Assembly: GCA_963749735.1 (NCBI GenBank)
Contig: CAVVNZ010000016.1
Coordinates: forward strand, 81,885-145,884
Direction: 5' to 3'
DNA from: an uncultured Chloroflexia bacterium
GTDB taxonomy: Bacteria; Chloroflexota; Limnocylindria; Limnocylindrales; CSP1-4
DNA length: 64,000 nucleotides
Below the pieces are notes generated by a model. That model was not told where the DNA came from. It saw only the letters and a list, made by a program, of their open reading frames with translations, and searched no databases. The position numbers and the translations under genes were made by a program. Every line of letters begins with the position of its first letter. The stretch's first letter is position 1. Below, piece after piece: positions 46,156 through 55,224 of the stretch.

Positions 46156-47316
46156 ATGCGTCGGGTGAGCCAGACCGCCAGGATCGCCGGCACCGACGCG
46201 ACGTGGATCCCGCGCGCCACGCTCGGCAGCGCCGACTACGCCAGCCCCGAGGTCCTCGCCGAGGAACGCGAGCGGATCTGGTTCGGTGACTGGATCTGCG
46301 TCGGTCGAGCGGAGGAGGTCGGCGGGCCTGGGCGGTACATCGTCCGTGACATCGCCGGGGAGTCGATCTTCGTCACCCGCAACCTCGAGGGCCGGCTCCG
46401 GGCGTTCTACAACGTGTGCAGCCACCGCGGGACCCGGTTCCTCGACGAGCCCGCCGACGGCGCCGCGGCCCGCAAGGCGTTCAAGTGTCCGTACCACGCC
46501 TGGTCGTTCGACCTCGACGGGCGGCTGATCGGGACGCCCAACGTCCACGAGGACGAGTGCTTCGAGCGGGATCGTCATCCGCTCTACGACATCGCGGTCG
46601 ACGAGTACGGCGGCTTCCTGTTCGTCGACCTGACTCGCGACGCCCCCCGGCCGCTGCTCGACGCGCTGACCGACGGTGCCGAGACGATCACGGCCTTCGA
46701 GCGGTACCGGCTCGACGAGCTGCGGATCGGGGTCCGGCTGTCCTACGAGGTCGAGGCGAACTGGAAGATCATCGTCGAGAACTACAACGAATGCCTCCAT
46801 TGCCCGACCATCCATCCTGAGCTGGTCGAGCTCGTGCCGCTGTTCCGCTTCGGCGAGGTCTGGGACGAGGAATCGCGCGACGACGGCAACCGGATGACCG
46901 ACGGGGCGACGAGCTTCACCCGGTCGGGCAGCTCACCGTTGCCGCGCTTCCAGGGCCTCGATCCCGACGACGAGCACATGTATTACGGGACCTTCCAGTT
47001 CCCGAACCTGATGCTCAACCTCCACCCGGACAGCGCGATGTACTACCTCCTCTATCCGCGCGGCCCGGCCCACACGACGGTCGTCTCGGAGTATCTCTTC
47101 CGGCCGGAGACGATCGCCGACCCGGCGTTCGACCCGTCGGCGGTGGTCGAGCTGTGGGATCTGATCAGCATGCAGGATTGGGCGGTCTGTCAGCGGGCCC
47201 AGAGCGGCGTCTCGTCGCGTGCGTTCACCCGCGGCGTCTACCCGCGCCAGGACCGCTTCCTGTTCTGGTTCAACGAGCAGTGGCGAGCCCGGATGGGGCG
47301 TCCGCAGCTCGGCTAG
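46156..47316 (+). CDS. Rieske [2Fe-2S] aromatic-ring-hydroxylating oxygenase, alpha subunit
   Basis: The Rieske ligands are CSHRG...CPYHAW. The catalytic-domain context is NYNECLHCPTIHPE. This is the real part of the 815-aa track ORF. Confidence 0.85.
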   Translation: MRRVSQTARIAGTDATWIPRATLGSADYASPEVLAEERERIWFGDWICVGRAEEVGGPGRYIVRDIAGESIFVTRNLEGRLRAFYNVCSHRGTRFLDEPADGAAARKAFKCPYHAWSFDLDGRLIGTPNVHEDECFERDRHPLYDIAVDEYGGFLFVDLTRDAPRPLLDALTDGAETITAFERYRLDELRIGVRLSYEVEANWKIIVENYNECLHCPTIHPELVELVPLFRFGEVWDEESRDDGNRMTDGATSFTRSGSSPLPRFQGLDPDDEHMYYGTFQFPNLMLNLHPDSAMYYLLYPRGPAHTTVVSEYLFRPETIADPAFDPSAVVELWDLISMQDWAVCQRAQSGVSSRAFTRGVYPRQDRFLFWFNEQWRARMGRPQLG

Positions 47317-49031
47317 CCCACCGGCAGATCGTCGGGCAACGGGAACCAGCGGAGCGTCTCGAAGTCGGCGTCGACCTCGGCGTGGCCCGGGGCCACGGTC
47401 GGCGGCGGCGGGTCGGCGAGGATGGCCCGCCCGGCCTCCAGGTACCCGGCGAGCGCCGACTCGGGCTCCGAACGGTGGTGGAGCGGGAACGTCATCCGCC
47501 CGTCGACGTAGCCGACGTCGGCGAGGCTCATCGGTGGCTCGGCGGTCCCGCCCGAGTGGAGCCACAACCCCGAGTCGGGCTCGAACCGGTAGTGGGGGAG
47601 CAGTCGCCAGCCGTCGCTGGCGACGAGCTCGACCGCGCCGAGGATGAACTCGAACACCGGTTCGCTGATGAAGTAGTTGAAGTTCACCCGGACCCAGCCG
47701 GGCTTGATGCCCTCGGATCCGCGGGCGATCTCGCGCTCGAACTCATGCGACCGTTCGAGGTCGATCCCGAGGAGCCGATGGCCGTATGGGCCGGCGCACG
47801 AGCACCCGCCACGCGACTGGATCCCGAACAGGTCGTTGAGCAGCGCGACCACGAAGTTGTGATGGAGGTAGCGGGGCGAGCCGGCCGGTCCCGGATGGCG
47901 GACGACGAACGACACGATCGACAGCCGGTCGAGGGCGGGGTTGCCCAGGATGTCGATGTTCGGGTGGCGCGACCAGCGGTCGATCGCGCGGCGGATGAAC
48001 GACTCCTCGCGCTCCCGGATGACGTCGGTCCCGACCGCTTCCTTGAGCCCGAACACGAGCCCGGCGCGGATCGACTCGACGATGGCCGGCGTCCCGCCCT
48101 CCTCGCGATGCTCGATGTCGGACAGGTAGCGATGCTCGGTCGGGTTCACGTAGGCGACCGTGCCGCCGCCCGGGACCGACGGGACGCGGTTCCGGAACAG
48201 CTCGCGTCGGGCGACCAGGACGCCCGGCGTGCCCGGCCCGCCGATGAACTTGTGGGGTGAGATGAAGATCGCGTCCTTGTACGCCAGGGGGTCCGTGTCG
48301 CCGTGGGCGTACGGTCCCATCTCGATCGAGACGTACGGGGCGGCGGCCGCGAAGTCCCAGAACGACAGGGCTCCATGGCGGTGGAGCAGGATCGAGATCG
48401 CCCGGACGTCGCTGATGACGCCGGTCACGTTCGATGCCGCGGAGAACGAGCCGATCTTGAGCGGCCGATCGGCATGGGCGATCAGCTCGCGCTCGAGGTC
48501 GGCCAGGTCGATCCGGCCGTCGTGGTCCTCGGGGATCACGACCACGTCGGCCAGCGACTCGCGCCACGGCAGCTCGTTGCTGTGGTGCTCGTACGGACCG
48601 ATGAACACGACGGGCCGTTCGGCCGGCGGGACGCGGGCGGTCAGGTCGTAGCGGTCGGCGAGGTCCGCGGGAAGGCGGATCTCGAGACAGTCGATCAGCC
48701 GGTCGATGGCGCCGGTCGAGCCCGAACCAGCGAACAGGACGACATGGTCCGCCCCGGCTCCGCCGACCGAATCGCGGATGATCCGGCGCGCATCTTCGCG
48801 GAAGCGGGTCGTCTGGAGCCCCGTCCCGGACGACTCGGTGTGGGTGTTCCCATAGAGCGGGAGGACGGCCTGGCGGATGAAGTCCTCGATGAACCCCAGG
48901 GAGCGGCCGGACGCCGTGTAGTCGGCGTAGGTCACCCGGCGCAGGCCGAACGGGCCGAGGACCGCGGCGTCGTCGCCGATCACGCTCGCCCGGATCGTCT
49001 CGATGAGCGACGTGGTCTCGTCCATGGGCAC
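47313..49031 (-). CDS. Class V-fold PLP-dependent enzyme (cysteine-desulfurase-like family)
   Basis: 572 aa. It has GNTHTESS, the PLP-lysine context FISPHKFIGGPGTPGVL and RGGCSCAGPYGH. Confidence 0.8.
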   Translation of the reverse strand: MPMDETTSLIETIRASVIGDDAAVLGPFGLRRVTYADYTASGRSLGFIEDFIRQAVLPLYGNTHTESSGTGLQTTRFREDARRIIRDSVGGAGADHVVLFAGSGSTGAIDRLIDCLEIRLPADLADRYDLTARVPPAERPVVFIGPYEHHSNELPWRESLADVVVIPEDHDGRIDLADLERELIAHADRPLKIGSFSAASNVTGVISDVRAISILLHRHGALSFWDFAAAAPYVSIEMGPYAHGDTDPLAYKDAIFISPHKFIGGPGTPGVLVARRELFRNRVPSVPGGGTVAYVNPTEHRYLSDIEHREEGGTPAIVESIRAGLVFGLKEAVGTDVIREREESFIRRAIDRWSRHPNIDILGNPALDRLSIVSFVVRHPGPAGSPRYLHHNFVVALLNDLFGIQSRGGCSCAGPYGHRLLGIDLERSHEFEREIARGSEGIKPGWVRVNFNYFISEPVFEFILGAVELVASDGWRLLPHYRFEPDSGLWLHSGGTAEPPMSLADVGYVDGRMTFPLHHRSEPESALAGYLEAGRAILADPPPPTVAPGHAEVDADFETLRWFPLPDDLPVG

Positions 49032-49054
49032 CTATCGTAGACCCCGGAGATGAG

Positions 49055-49094
49055 GAAGCCGCCGCGCCCGCTGTAGTCGGGTCGCGGCGGCTTC
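49055..49094 (-). terminator. Strong GC-rich hairpin downstream of the SHOCT gene
   Basis: There is a perfect 12-bp stem: gaagccgccgcg (49055-49066) pairs with cgcggcggcttc (49083-49094). It can extend by cccg/cggg with one bulge. It sits 13 nt after the stop at 49108. Confidence 0.6.
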
Positions 49095-49107
49095 CGGTCC
49101 TCGCGGA

Positions 49108-49578
49108 CTACATCGCCTTGGCCTTGAGCTCCTGGTACTCCGCGTCGGTGATCGCACCGGACGCCTTGAGCTGGTTGAGCTTGGCGATCTCGTCGGCCGA
49201 GCTGTAGCCCGCCGCGCGTCGCTGCTGCTGCTCCATCTCGGCCATCATCTGCTTGTCCTGCTCGGTCATCTTGGGTCGCACGATCAGGTAGATCAGGATG
49301 CCGAGCAGCGGCAGGATGAAGATGGCGAGGATCCAGATCGCCTTCCAGCCGCCCGTCAGGTCGTTCCGCCGGAAGATGTCGGCGAAGACCATGATGAACA
49401 TCCAGATGAGCATGAACCAGAAGAAGAACGCGATCATCGTCCAGAGCACGTCCCCGAACGTCGCCGTGCCGATCGTGTTGTTCGAATAGCAGCCGGCGAG
49501 GACGAGCAGCAGGACGCCGACCAACCCCGCCAGCCGGAGGTGCAGCTTTCCGGATCGGATCAGCGGACTGAGGTGCAT
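49108..49578 (-). CDS. Lipoprotein/membrane protein with PLD-nuclease-N-terminal-type TM domain and a C-terminal SHOCT domain
   Basis: The ATG at 49578 has AGGAG 8 nt upstream. The lipobox is VLAGC. It has Trp/Phe-rich TM helices (WKAIWILAIFILPLLGILIYLIVRP) and a SHOCT-like tail (ADEIAKLNQLKASGAITDAEYQELKAK). Confidence 0.8.
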   Translation of the reverse strand: MHLSPLIRSGKLHLRLAGLVGVLLLVLAGCYSNNTIGTATFGDVLWTMIAFFFWFMLIWMFIMVFADIFRRNDLTGGWKAIWILAIFILPLLGILIYLIVRPKMTEQDKQMMAEMEQQQRRAAGYSSADEIAKLNQLKASGAITDAEYQELKAKAM

Positions 49579-49678
49579 GGGTTCCACTCCTGTTCGATGC
49601 TGGGATCTGCGGTCGAGCAGAGTGTAGTCGAGCGGTCCCTCGCCGCGATGCCCGAACCGAGGTCGGCCGGGCCGTCCG

Positions 49679-51287
49679 TCAGCTCGGCTGGGTGATCCGA
49701 ACGTCGTCGATCTCGACCTCGACGAGGTTGCCCGGCCCGCCGTCGACGGCCTCGAACCTGAGGTGGACGGTCTGCCCGGCCCAGGGGTCCATCGAGATCG
49801 ATGCCGATCGCCACCGCCCGTCGGTATCGACCGGCCTTCCGGTCACGCCGAAGACCTCGGTCCGGGTCCCGTCCTGGGCCTCGACCACCGCCTTGAATGT
49901 GTCCGCGGCGGTCGACGCGGCGTCGTGCGCGAACACGTAGCGGAAGGTGAGGTGCTGCCCGGTCGATGCGGGCAGATCGATCGCGGCCGACCGGACGCTC
50001 GATGAGCCGTCGAGGTCGGACGACGTCGGCTTCGCTCCGGCGCGGCTCCCCGTGACGAGGACGTCGCGGCCGGATGTGGCCGTCCCGATCTGCTTGGGTC
50101 CGAACCGGCTGGTCGGCGCCGGGTCGGCCCTGGCGAATCGTGCCGCCACCGGTGCCGTGTCCGTTCCGTCGGGGTTCACGGTCCATCCGCGGGCGACCTC
50201 GAGGTCGTCGTCGAACGCACCGCAGCGGGCGATCCGCAGCGCGGCCCCGAGGACCGCGTAGGGGCAGCCGGCGCGCTCCATCAGGTACAGGACGGCCTCC
50301 TTGTTGCGACCCGTCTCCGAGGCGATCTTCGAGTCGTCCGGGTAATCCTTGATCGACATCTCGAAGGTGTAGGCGAAGATCCGGTAGGTCCCGTACTCGT
50401 AGTCCTTGGTGGTGCCCCGGGTGATGTACAGGTCGCTGGCCTGTTCCGGGCGGTAGCCGTTCGTCGTGGCCATGTGCCGCCCGATCCTGGCCAGCGCGGC
50501 ATGATCGTCGGCGGTCATGTCGGCCGGGATGTCGGTCAGCGTGTAGCCGTACGGCCACATCACCAGCCGACCCAGCTCGTGGAACGAGATCGCCGCCCGG
50601 ATCTGCTGCCGCCCGTTGACGACCCGGCTGGCCAGGAAGTCCCGCATCGCCCGGGTCTCCGGCGCCGAGAACGGGCGCGGACCGTGGTAGGTGATCGCCA
50701 GCGGGTTCGCGCTCGTCCGGCCCCCGAGGCCCCAGCGGTAGCCGTAGTTGCGATTGAGGTCGGTCCCGATCGCCGTCGAGCCTGGGGCTCGGCTGGCGGT
50801 TCTTCCGCCAGAACCAGTAGCGGCCGCCGTGGATGTCGTATTCGGCCCCGTCGGGGTTGACCAGGAAGACGATGTAGATCTCGCGGCTGTTCACGATGTT
50901 CGTGATCCGCGGATCCGTGCCGTAGCCGTCGACGAGCCAGTGGAAGATGTGGAGCGTCATCTCGACGCCCATGTGCTCGTCGGAGTGATGGCTGCCGTCG
51001 AACAGGACCTCCGGCTCGTTCTCGTCGACACCGACGTTGTCGGAGACCTTGACCGCCCACAGCTGGCGGCCCTTGTAGCTCTGGCCGATCGAGAAGAGCT
51101 TGACGATGTCCGGGTGGGCGGCGGCGACCTGGGCGACCTCGGTCGTCAGCTCCGTGTAGCTGTGGTAGCCCTCCCAGCCCTTCGGGAACTCCGTCGCCCG
51201 GGCGGGGGCGGCCGCGGCGAGACCGGCCACGAGGAGGACGGCGAGCGCGACGGACAGGCGCGGGAGGGCACGGCGCGACGGACGCAT
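49679..51287 (-). pseudogene. M14 zinc carboxypeptidase with a C-terminal beta-sandwich domain; frame-disrupted at a G4/C4 run
   Basis: The signal peptide and the HSDEH zinc motif through YWFWRKNRQPSP are in the 51287 frame. GSTAIGTDLNRNYGYRWG ... MRDFLASRVVNG and the rest are in the 322-aa ORF frame. The break is at ggggc, 50784-50787. The span is 1609 nt, which is 1 mod 3. Confidence 0.75.
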
Positions 51288-51479
51288 CCGCCAGAGTGTG
51301 CACCGCCGACGGAGCGGCCGCCAGCCGACGAAGGGGTCAGCTTGCGCGGGCCGGTCGTCCGGGTCGGCCGCGCGGCGCGTGGTCGTAACCGCGCCGAAAG
51401 GCTCAGACCCCCATCGTCCGGACCGAGCGCCCACTCACCCGGAGCGCGTCGCGCCCTACGATGTGCCCAGGAGGACCGG

Positions 51480-52221
51480 ATGACCAGCCAGACCCGCCGA
51501 CCCGCCACCCTGATCGCGACGGCGGTCGTCGTCGCCCTCCTGATCGCGGGCGCGTTCGGGCTGTGGTACCTGTTCCTCCGGCCGGCCGAGCCGGCGGCCG
51601 TCGAATTCGACGGCCATCCCGCTCCCGTCCCTCCCGGCCGGCGCGTCCGCGGCACCGCTGGTCGGCGGGATCGACGGGACGTGGAAGGTCGACACGTCGA
51701 TCGGGTCGCTCGCTGCGGGTGACGGCACCTTCGTGGGCTACCGGGTCGTCGAACAGCTCGCGTCGATCGGCGCGAACACGGCCGTCGGTCGCACGCCGAA
51801 CGTGACCGGCTCGATGACCGTCGCCGGCACGCGGATCACCGACGCTACGATCGACGCCGACCTGACCGCCCTCCAGAGCAACGACCAGCGGCGCGATGGC
51901 CAGCTCCGCCAGCACGGATTGGAGACCAGCCAGTTCCCCACGGCGACCTTCAAGCTGAGCTCACCCATCGACCTCGGGACCGTCCCGACCGACGGTCAGG
52001 AGGTCAGCGTCACGGCCAAGGGCCAGCTCACGCTGCACGGGGTCACCAAGGACGTCGAGATCCCGCTCAAGGCGAAGCTGTCGGGCGACATCGTCGCGGT
52101 GACCGGCACCTTGCCGATCGTCTTCGCCGATTACGGGATCGTCCCGCCGAGCTCGTTCGTCGTCCTGTCGATCGAGGATCACGGCCAGATGGAGCTCCAG
52201 CTCTTCTTCACGAAGAGCTGA
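51480..52221 (+). pseudogene. YceI-like periplasmic protein; frame break between the N-terminal anchor and the YceI domain
   Basis: The ATG at 51480 has AGGAGG 5 nt upstream and gives MTSQTRRPATLIATAVVVALLIAGAFGLWYL. The YceI domain starts in the next frame with the conserved GIDGTWKVDTS...FVGYRVVEQL, upstream of any start codon in that frame. That frame is closed by the TGA at 51541. The span is 742 nt, which is 1 mod 3. Confidence 0.7.
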
Positions 52222-52240
52222 TCGGCGTCCGGACCGATCG

Positions 52241-52636
52241 ATGGCCGCCTTCGAGCAGCTCGACTTCCTGTATATCCCGAGCGCGGATGTCGCCCGCGAC
52301 ACCCGCTGGTTCATCGATGTGCTCGGCGGCCGGCTCGTGTTCGCCATCGAGGCGACCGGCACCCGGGTCGCGATGGTCGAGCTGACCGACGGCCCGCCCA
52401 GGCTCCTCCTGACCGACCACCTCGAGGACGACCGACCCATCCTCATCTACCGCGTCGCGGACCTCGAGGCGGCCATCGCCGAGCTGACGGGACGCGGCTG
52501 GGAGCCCGTCGGTGCGCTCGAGATCCCGCCGGGTCCGTGCGTGTCGTTCCGCGGCGTCGGTGGTCAGCGGATCGCCCTGTACGAACGGTCGCGCCCGGAG
52601 GTCGAGGCGCACTTCGAGGGACGGCGCGACTTCTGA
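52241..52636 (+). CDS. VOC/glyoxalase-family protein
   Basis: 131 aa with a beta-alpha-beta-beta-beta-type pattern (LDFLYIPSADVARDTRWFIDVLGG...ALEIPPGPCVSFRGVGGQRIALYE). Confidence 0.65.
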   Translation: MAAFEQLDFLYIPSADVARDTRWFIDVLGGRLVFAIEATGTRVAMVELTDGPPRLLLTDHLEDDRPILIYRVADLEAAIAELTGRGWEPVGALEIPPGPCVSFRGVGGQRIALYERSRPEVEAHFEGRRDF

Positions 52637-52685
52637 GTTGCGCGAGGCCGCCGCGGGGCGCTACGGGGCCGTCCGCGCAGGCGCC

Positions 52686-53000
52686 TCAGTCGAGGCGGAA
52701 GACCTCGTCGAGCCGCTGGTGGAAGCCCGTTGCGGGGTCGATCATCGGATCGATCAGGTCGGCCATCTCGGCCTGCCAGCGGGCATTGACCGGGCTGGCG
52801 TCCATCGCGGCGCGGAAGCGGTCGAAGTCGTCGACCTTCATCGTCCCGAACAGGTCCAGGTCCAGTCGGTAGATCGAGTAGTCGGAGCAGCCGGCGGCCG
52901 TGAGCGCGGCGAGCATCTCGGGCCAGACGGCCGCGTGCCGCCGGACGTACTCGTCCTCGTGCCCGGGCCGGATCCGCATCCGGAACCCGATCCGCTCCAT
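52686..53000 (-). CDS. rhaM: L-rhamnose mutarotase
   Basis: 104 aa. It has MERIGFRMRIRPGHEDEYVRRHAAVWPEMLAAL ... YSIY ... RWQAEM ... EVFRLD, which is collinear with YiiL/RhaM. Confidence 0.88.
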   Translation of the reverse strand: MERIGFRMRIRPGHEDEYVRRHAAVWPEMLAALTAAGCSDYSIYRLDLDLFGTMKVDDFDRFRAAMDASPVNARWQAEMADLIDPMIDPATGFHQRLDEVFRLD

Positions 53001-53021
53001 GTCGCTCCTCGGGGATCGTCG

Positions 53022-53050
53022 GGCCCCGGGACGTGTGCCGTCCCGGGGCC
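53022..53050 (-). terminator. Perfect 12-bp hairpin between the binding-protein gene and rhaM
   Basis: ggccccgggacg (53022-53033) pairs with cgtcccggggcc (53039-53050), with a 5-nt loop. It is an intercistronic stabiliser or attenuator candidate. Confidence 0.55.
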
Positions 53051-53069
53051 GTCCGATCGTTCGACTCGG

Positions 53070-54179
53070 CTAGAAGTCGAAGTTGTTGACGTTGTCCTTG
53101 TTGAACACGAAGGGCGGACCGAGGATGACCACGCCCTTGTCACCGATCGTGTACGGCTTGTCGCCGTTGAGGCCCGGAACGGAGAACGTCTCGCCCGGCG
53201 TGCCCTTGAGCGTGCCCTTCACGAGCATATCGGCCACGTAGTAGGCGAGCTTGCCGAGATCCGGCACGCTCCACAGTCCGAACTCCGGCGACGTGCCGTC
53301 GGCCACGAAGGCCTTCATGTCGTTGGGCAGGCCGAGGCCGGTGACCTTGACCTTGTCGCTGGCCTTCGCATCCTGGACGACCTTGGCGGCCGCGGCGATC
53401 CCGACGGTGGTCGGGGCGACGATGACCTTGAGGTTCGGATGCTTCTGGAGGAGCGTCTGCGCCTGGGTGGTGCTGACGTCGGGCTTGTCGTCACCGTAGA
53501 CGGTGTCGACCAGCTTGAGCTTGGCGAACTTGGGGTCCGTCGAGAGCGCCGTGTTGAAGTCCTTGATCCAGGCGTTCTGGTTCGGTGCGGTCGCGGTCGC
53601 GGACAGGATGGCGACTTCGCCCTCGCAGTTGGGGGCGAGGTCGCACGCCCACTGCGCCATCGAGCCACCGATCAGGCTGAAGTCGGTCTGGTTGACGAAC
53701 ACGTTGTAGGCGCCTTCGGCCGGGCTCGAGTCGTATCCGACGACCTTGATGCCGGCGGCCATCGCCGCCTTGAGGGCGGGCGCGATGGCGTCGGGGTCGG
53801 TCGCCGAGACCACGATGGCGTTGTAGCCCTGCGTGGTGGCGTCCTGGATGAACGGGATCTGGTCGGCGGCGCTCGAGGTCTGGGCGCCGATCTGCTTGAA
53901 CTGCCCGCCGAGCGCGGTGGCCGCGTCCTGGGCGCCCTTGGCAGCGGCGTCGAAGTAGGGGTTGTTGATCGCCTTCGGGATGAACACGATGTTCGACCCG
54001 CCGGCTGCGGCGCTCCCGGGGGCCGACGCCCCGGTGCTGGCGGCGGTCGACGGTGCCGTGGTCGGGGCCGTCGTCGGCGCGGTGGTCGGGGCGGCGGTCG
54101 AACCGCTGCTCGAGCACGCCGCGAACACCACGGCCGTGGCGAACAGGGCGGCGATCCGCCCGTTCCGGTGCAGGTTCAC
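53070..54179 (-). CDS. Sugar (rhamnose) ABC transporter substrate-binding lipoprotein
   Basis: The GTG at 54179 has GGAGGA upstream. The lipobox is VVFAAC. It has a TAPT-repeat linker and a periplasmic-binding type-I fold (IVFIPKAINNPYFD...). It lies within the rhamnose locus. Confidence 0.85.
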   Translation of the reverse strand: MNLHRNGRIAALFATAVVFAACSSSGSTAAPTTAPTTAPTTAPSTAASTGASAPGSAAAGGSNIVFIPKAINNPYFDAAAKGAQDAATALGGQFKQIGAQTSSAADQIPFIQDATTQGYNAIVVSATDPDAIAPALKAAMAAGIKVVGYDSSPAEGAYNVFVNQTDFSLIGGSMAQWACDLAPNCEGEVAILSATATAPNQNAWIKDFNTALSTDPKFAKLKLVDTVYGDDKPDVSTTQAQTLLQKHPNLKVIVAPTTVGIAAAAKVVQDAKASDKVKVTGLGLPNDMKAFVADGTSPEFGLWSVPDLGKLAYYVADMLVKGTLKGTPGETFSVPGLNGDKPYTIGDKGVVILGPPFVFNKDNVNNFDF

Positions 54180-54195
54180 TCGATATCCTCCTCTG

Positions 54196-55224
54196 TCATG
54201 GACTGACCGCCTCACCAGGGCCGATCGGGCCGGTCGACGTTCGCCGACCTCCGCGAGTCCGATCGATCGCTGACTTGACCTGATGAGCAAGGTTGGGGAT
54301 GACCACCGAGACGATCAGGAGCAGGCCCACGGCGATGCTCTGGATCTCGGCGGAGACGCTGGTCAGGCGGAGCACGTTGCCGAGGATCGCGAGGATCAAC
54401 GCCGCCAGGACCACCCCTGGGATCGTCCCGCGACCACCGAAGATGTTCACTCCGCCGAGGAGCACGATCGTCACGACGGTCAGCGTCAGGCCCTGTCCGA
54501 CATCGGCCCGGGCGCTGGCGAAGCGGGCCGTCAGGATGACGCCGGCGAGCGCCGCGACCGTGCCCGACAGGACGAACAGCAAGAGCTTGATGCGTGCGAC
54601 CCGCACGCCCGAATAGCGCGATGCGGCGGCGTTCTTGCCGATGGCGTAGATCTGCCGCCCGACCCACGTCCCGTGGAGGACGAGGCCGAGGACGACGGCC
54701 AGCGCCACGAAGATCAGCAACGGCCACGGGAACGGCGTCCCCGGGATGGTCCCGAAGCCGAAGTCGGTGAACCACTCCGGGAAGCCGCTGATGCCCTGCG
54801 GTCCGAGCACGATCAGCGCCAGGCCCCGGAACAGGGCGAGAGTGCCGAGGGTCACGACCAGCGACGGCAGACCCGCGCCGGTCACCAGGACGCCGTTGAG
54901 CAGACCGCCCAGGGCGCCGATCACCAGGACCACCGGGATGGCCAGCTGGACCGGGACGCCGGCCGCGAACAGGAACCCGAGGACGGCGCACGACAGGCCG
55001 GCCATCGATTCGACCGACAGGTCGATCTCGCCGGCGATGATGATCAGCGTCATCGGCAGGGCCATGATCGCGACCTCGATCAGGGCGACGATGAGGTTGG
55101 AGAAGTTGCGCGCGGTCAGGAACACCGGCGAGACCGCCGCACCGATGGCGATGAGGACGATCACCATCACGAAGAGGAGCGTTTCCCAGCGCGCGAGCGA
55201 GCGGACGACCCGGGCGCCGGTCAT
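54196..55224 (-). CDS. Sugar ABC transporter permease
   Basis: 342 aa from MTGARVV at 55224, with an ATGA overlap to the upstream permease. It has GEIDLSVESMAG and GGVNIFGGRGT. Confidence 0.88.
   Translation of the reverse strand: MTGARVVRSLARWETLLFVMVIVLIAIGAAVSPVFLTARNFSNLIVALIEVAIMALPMTLIIIAGEIDLSVESMAGLSCAVLGFLFAAGVPVQLAIPVVLVIGALGGLLNGVLVTGAGLPSLVVTLGTLALFRGLALIVLGPQGISGFPEWFTDFGFGTIPGTPFPWPLLIFVALAVVLGLVLHGTWVGRQIYAIGKNAAASRYSGVRVARIKLLLFVLSGTVAALAGVILTARFASARADVGQGLTLTVVTIVLLGGVNIFGGRGTIPGVVLAALILAILGNVLRLTSVSAEIQSIAVGLLLIVSVVIPNLAHQVKSAIDRTRGGRRTSTGPIGPGEAVSP

Noticed and set aside
21000-51700. Programmed ribosomal frameshifting as the explanation for the five frame breaks
   Set aside because: I saw no prfB-like or dnaX-like slippery heptamer, in-frame stop context or downstream stimulatory structure at the junctions. 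The five sites share no motif. Indel error or recent mutation is the simpler explanation.
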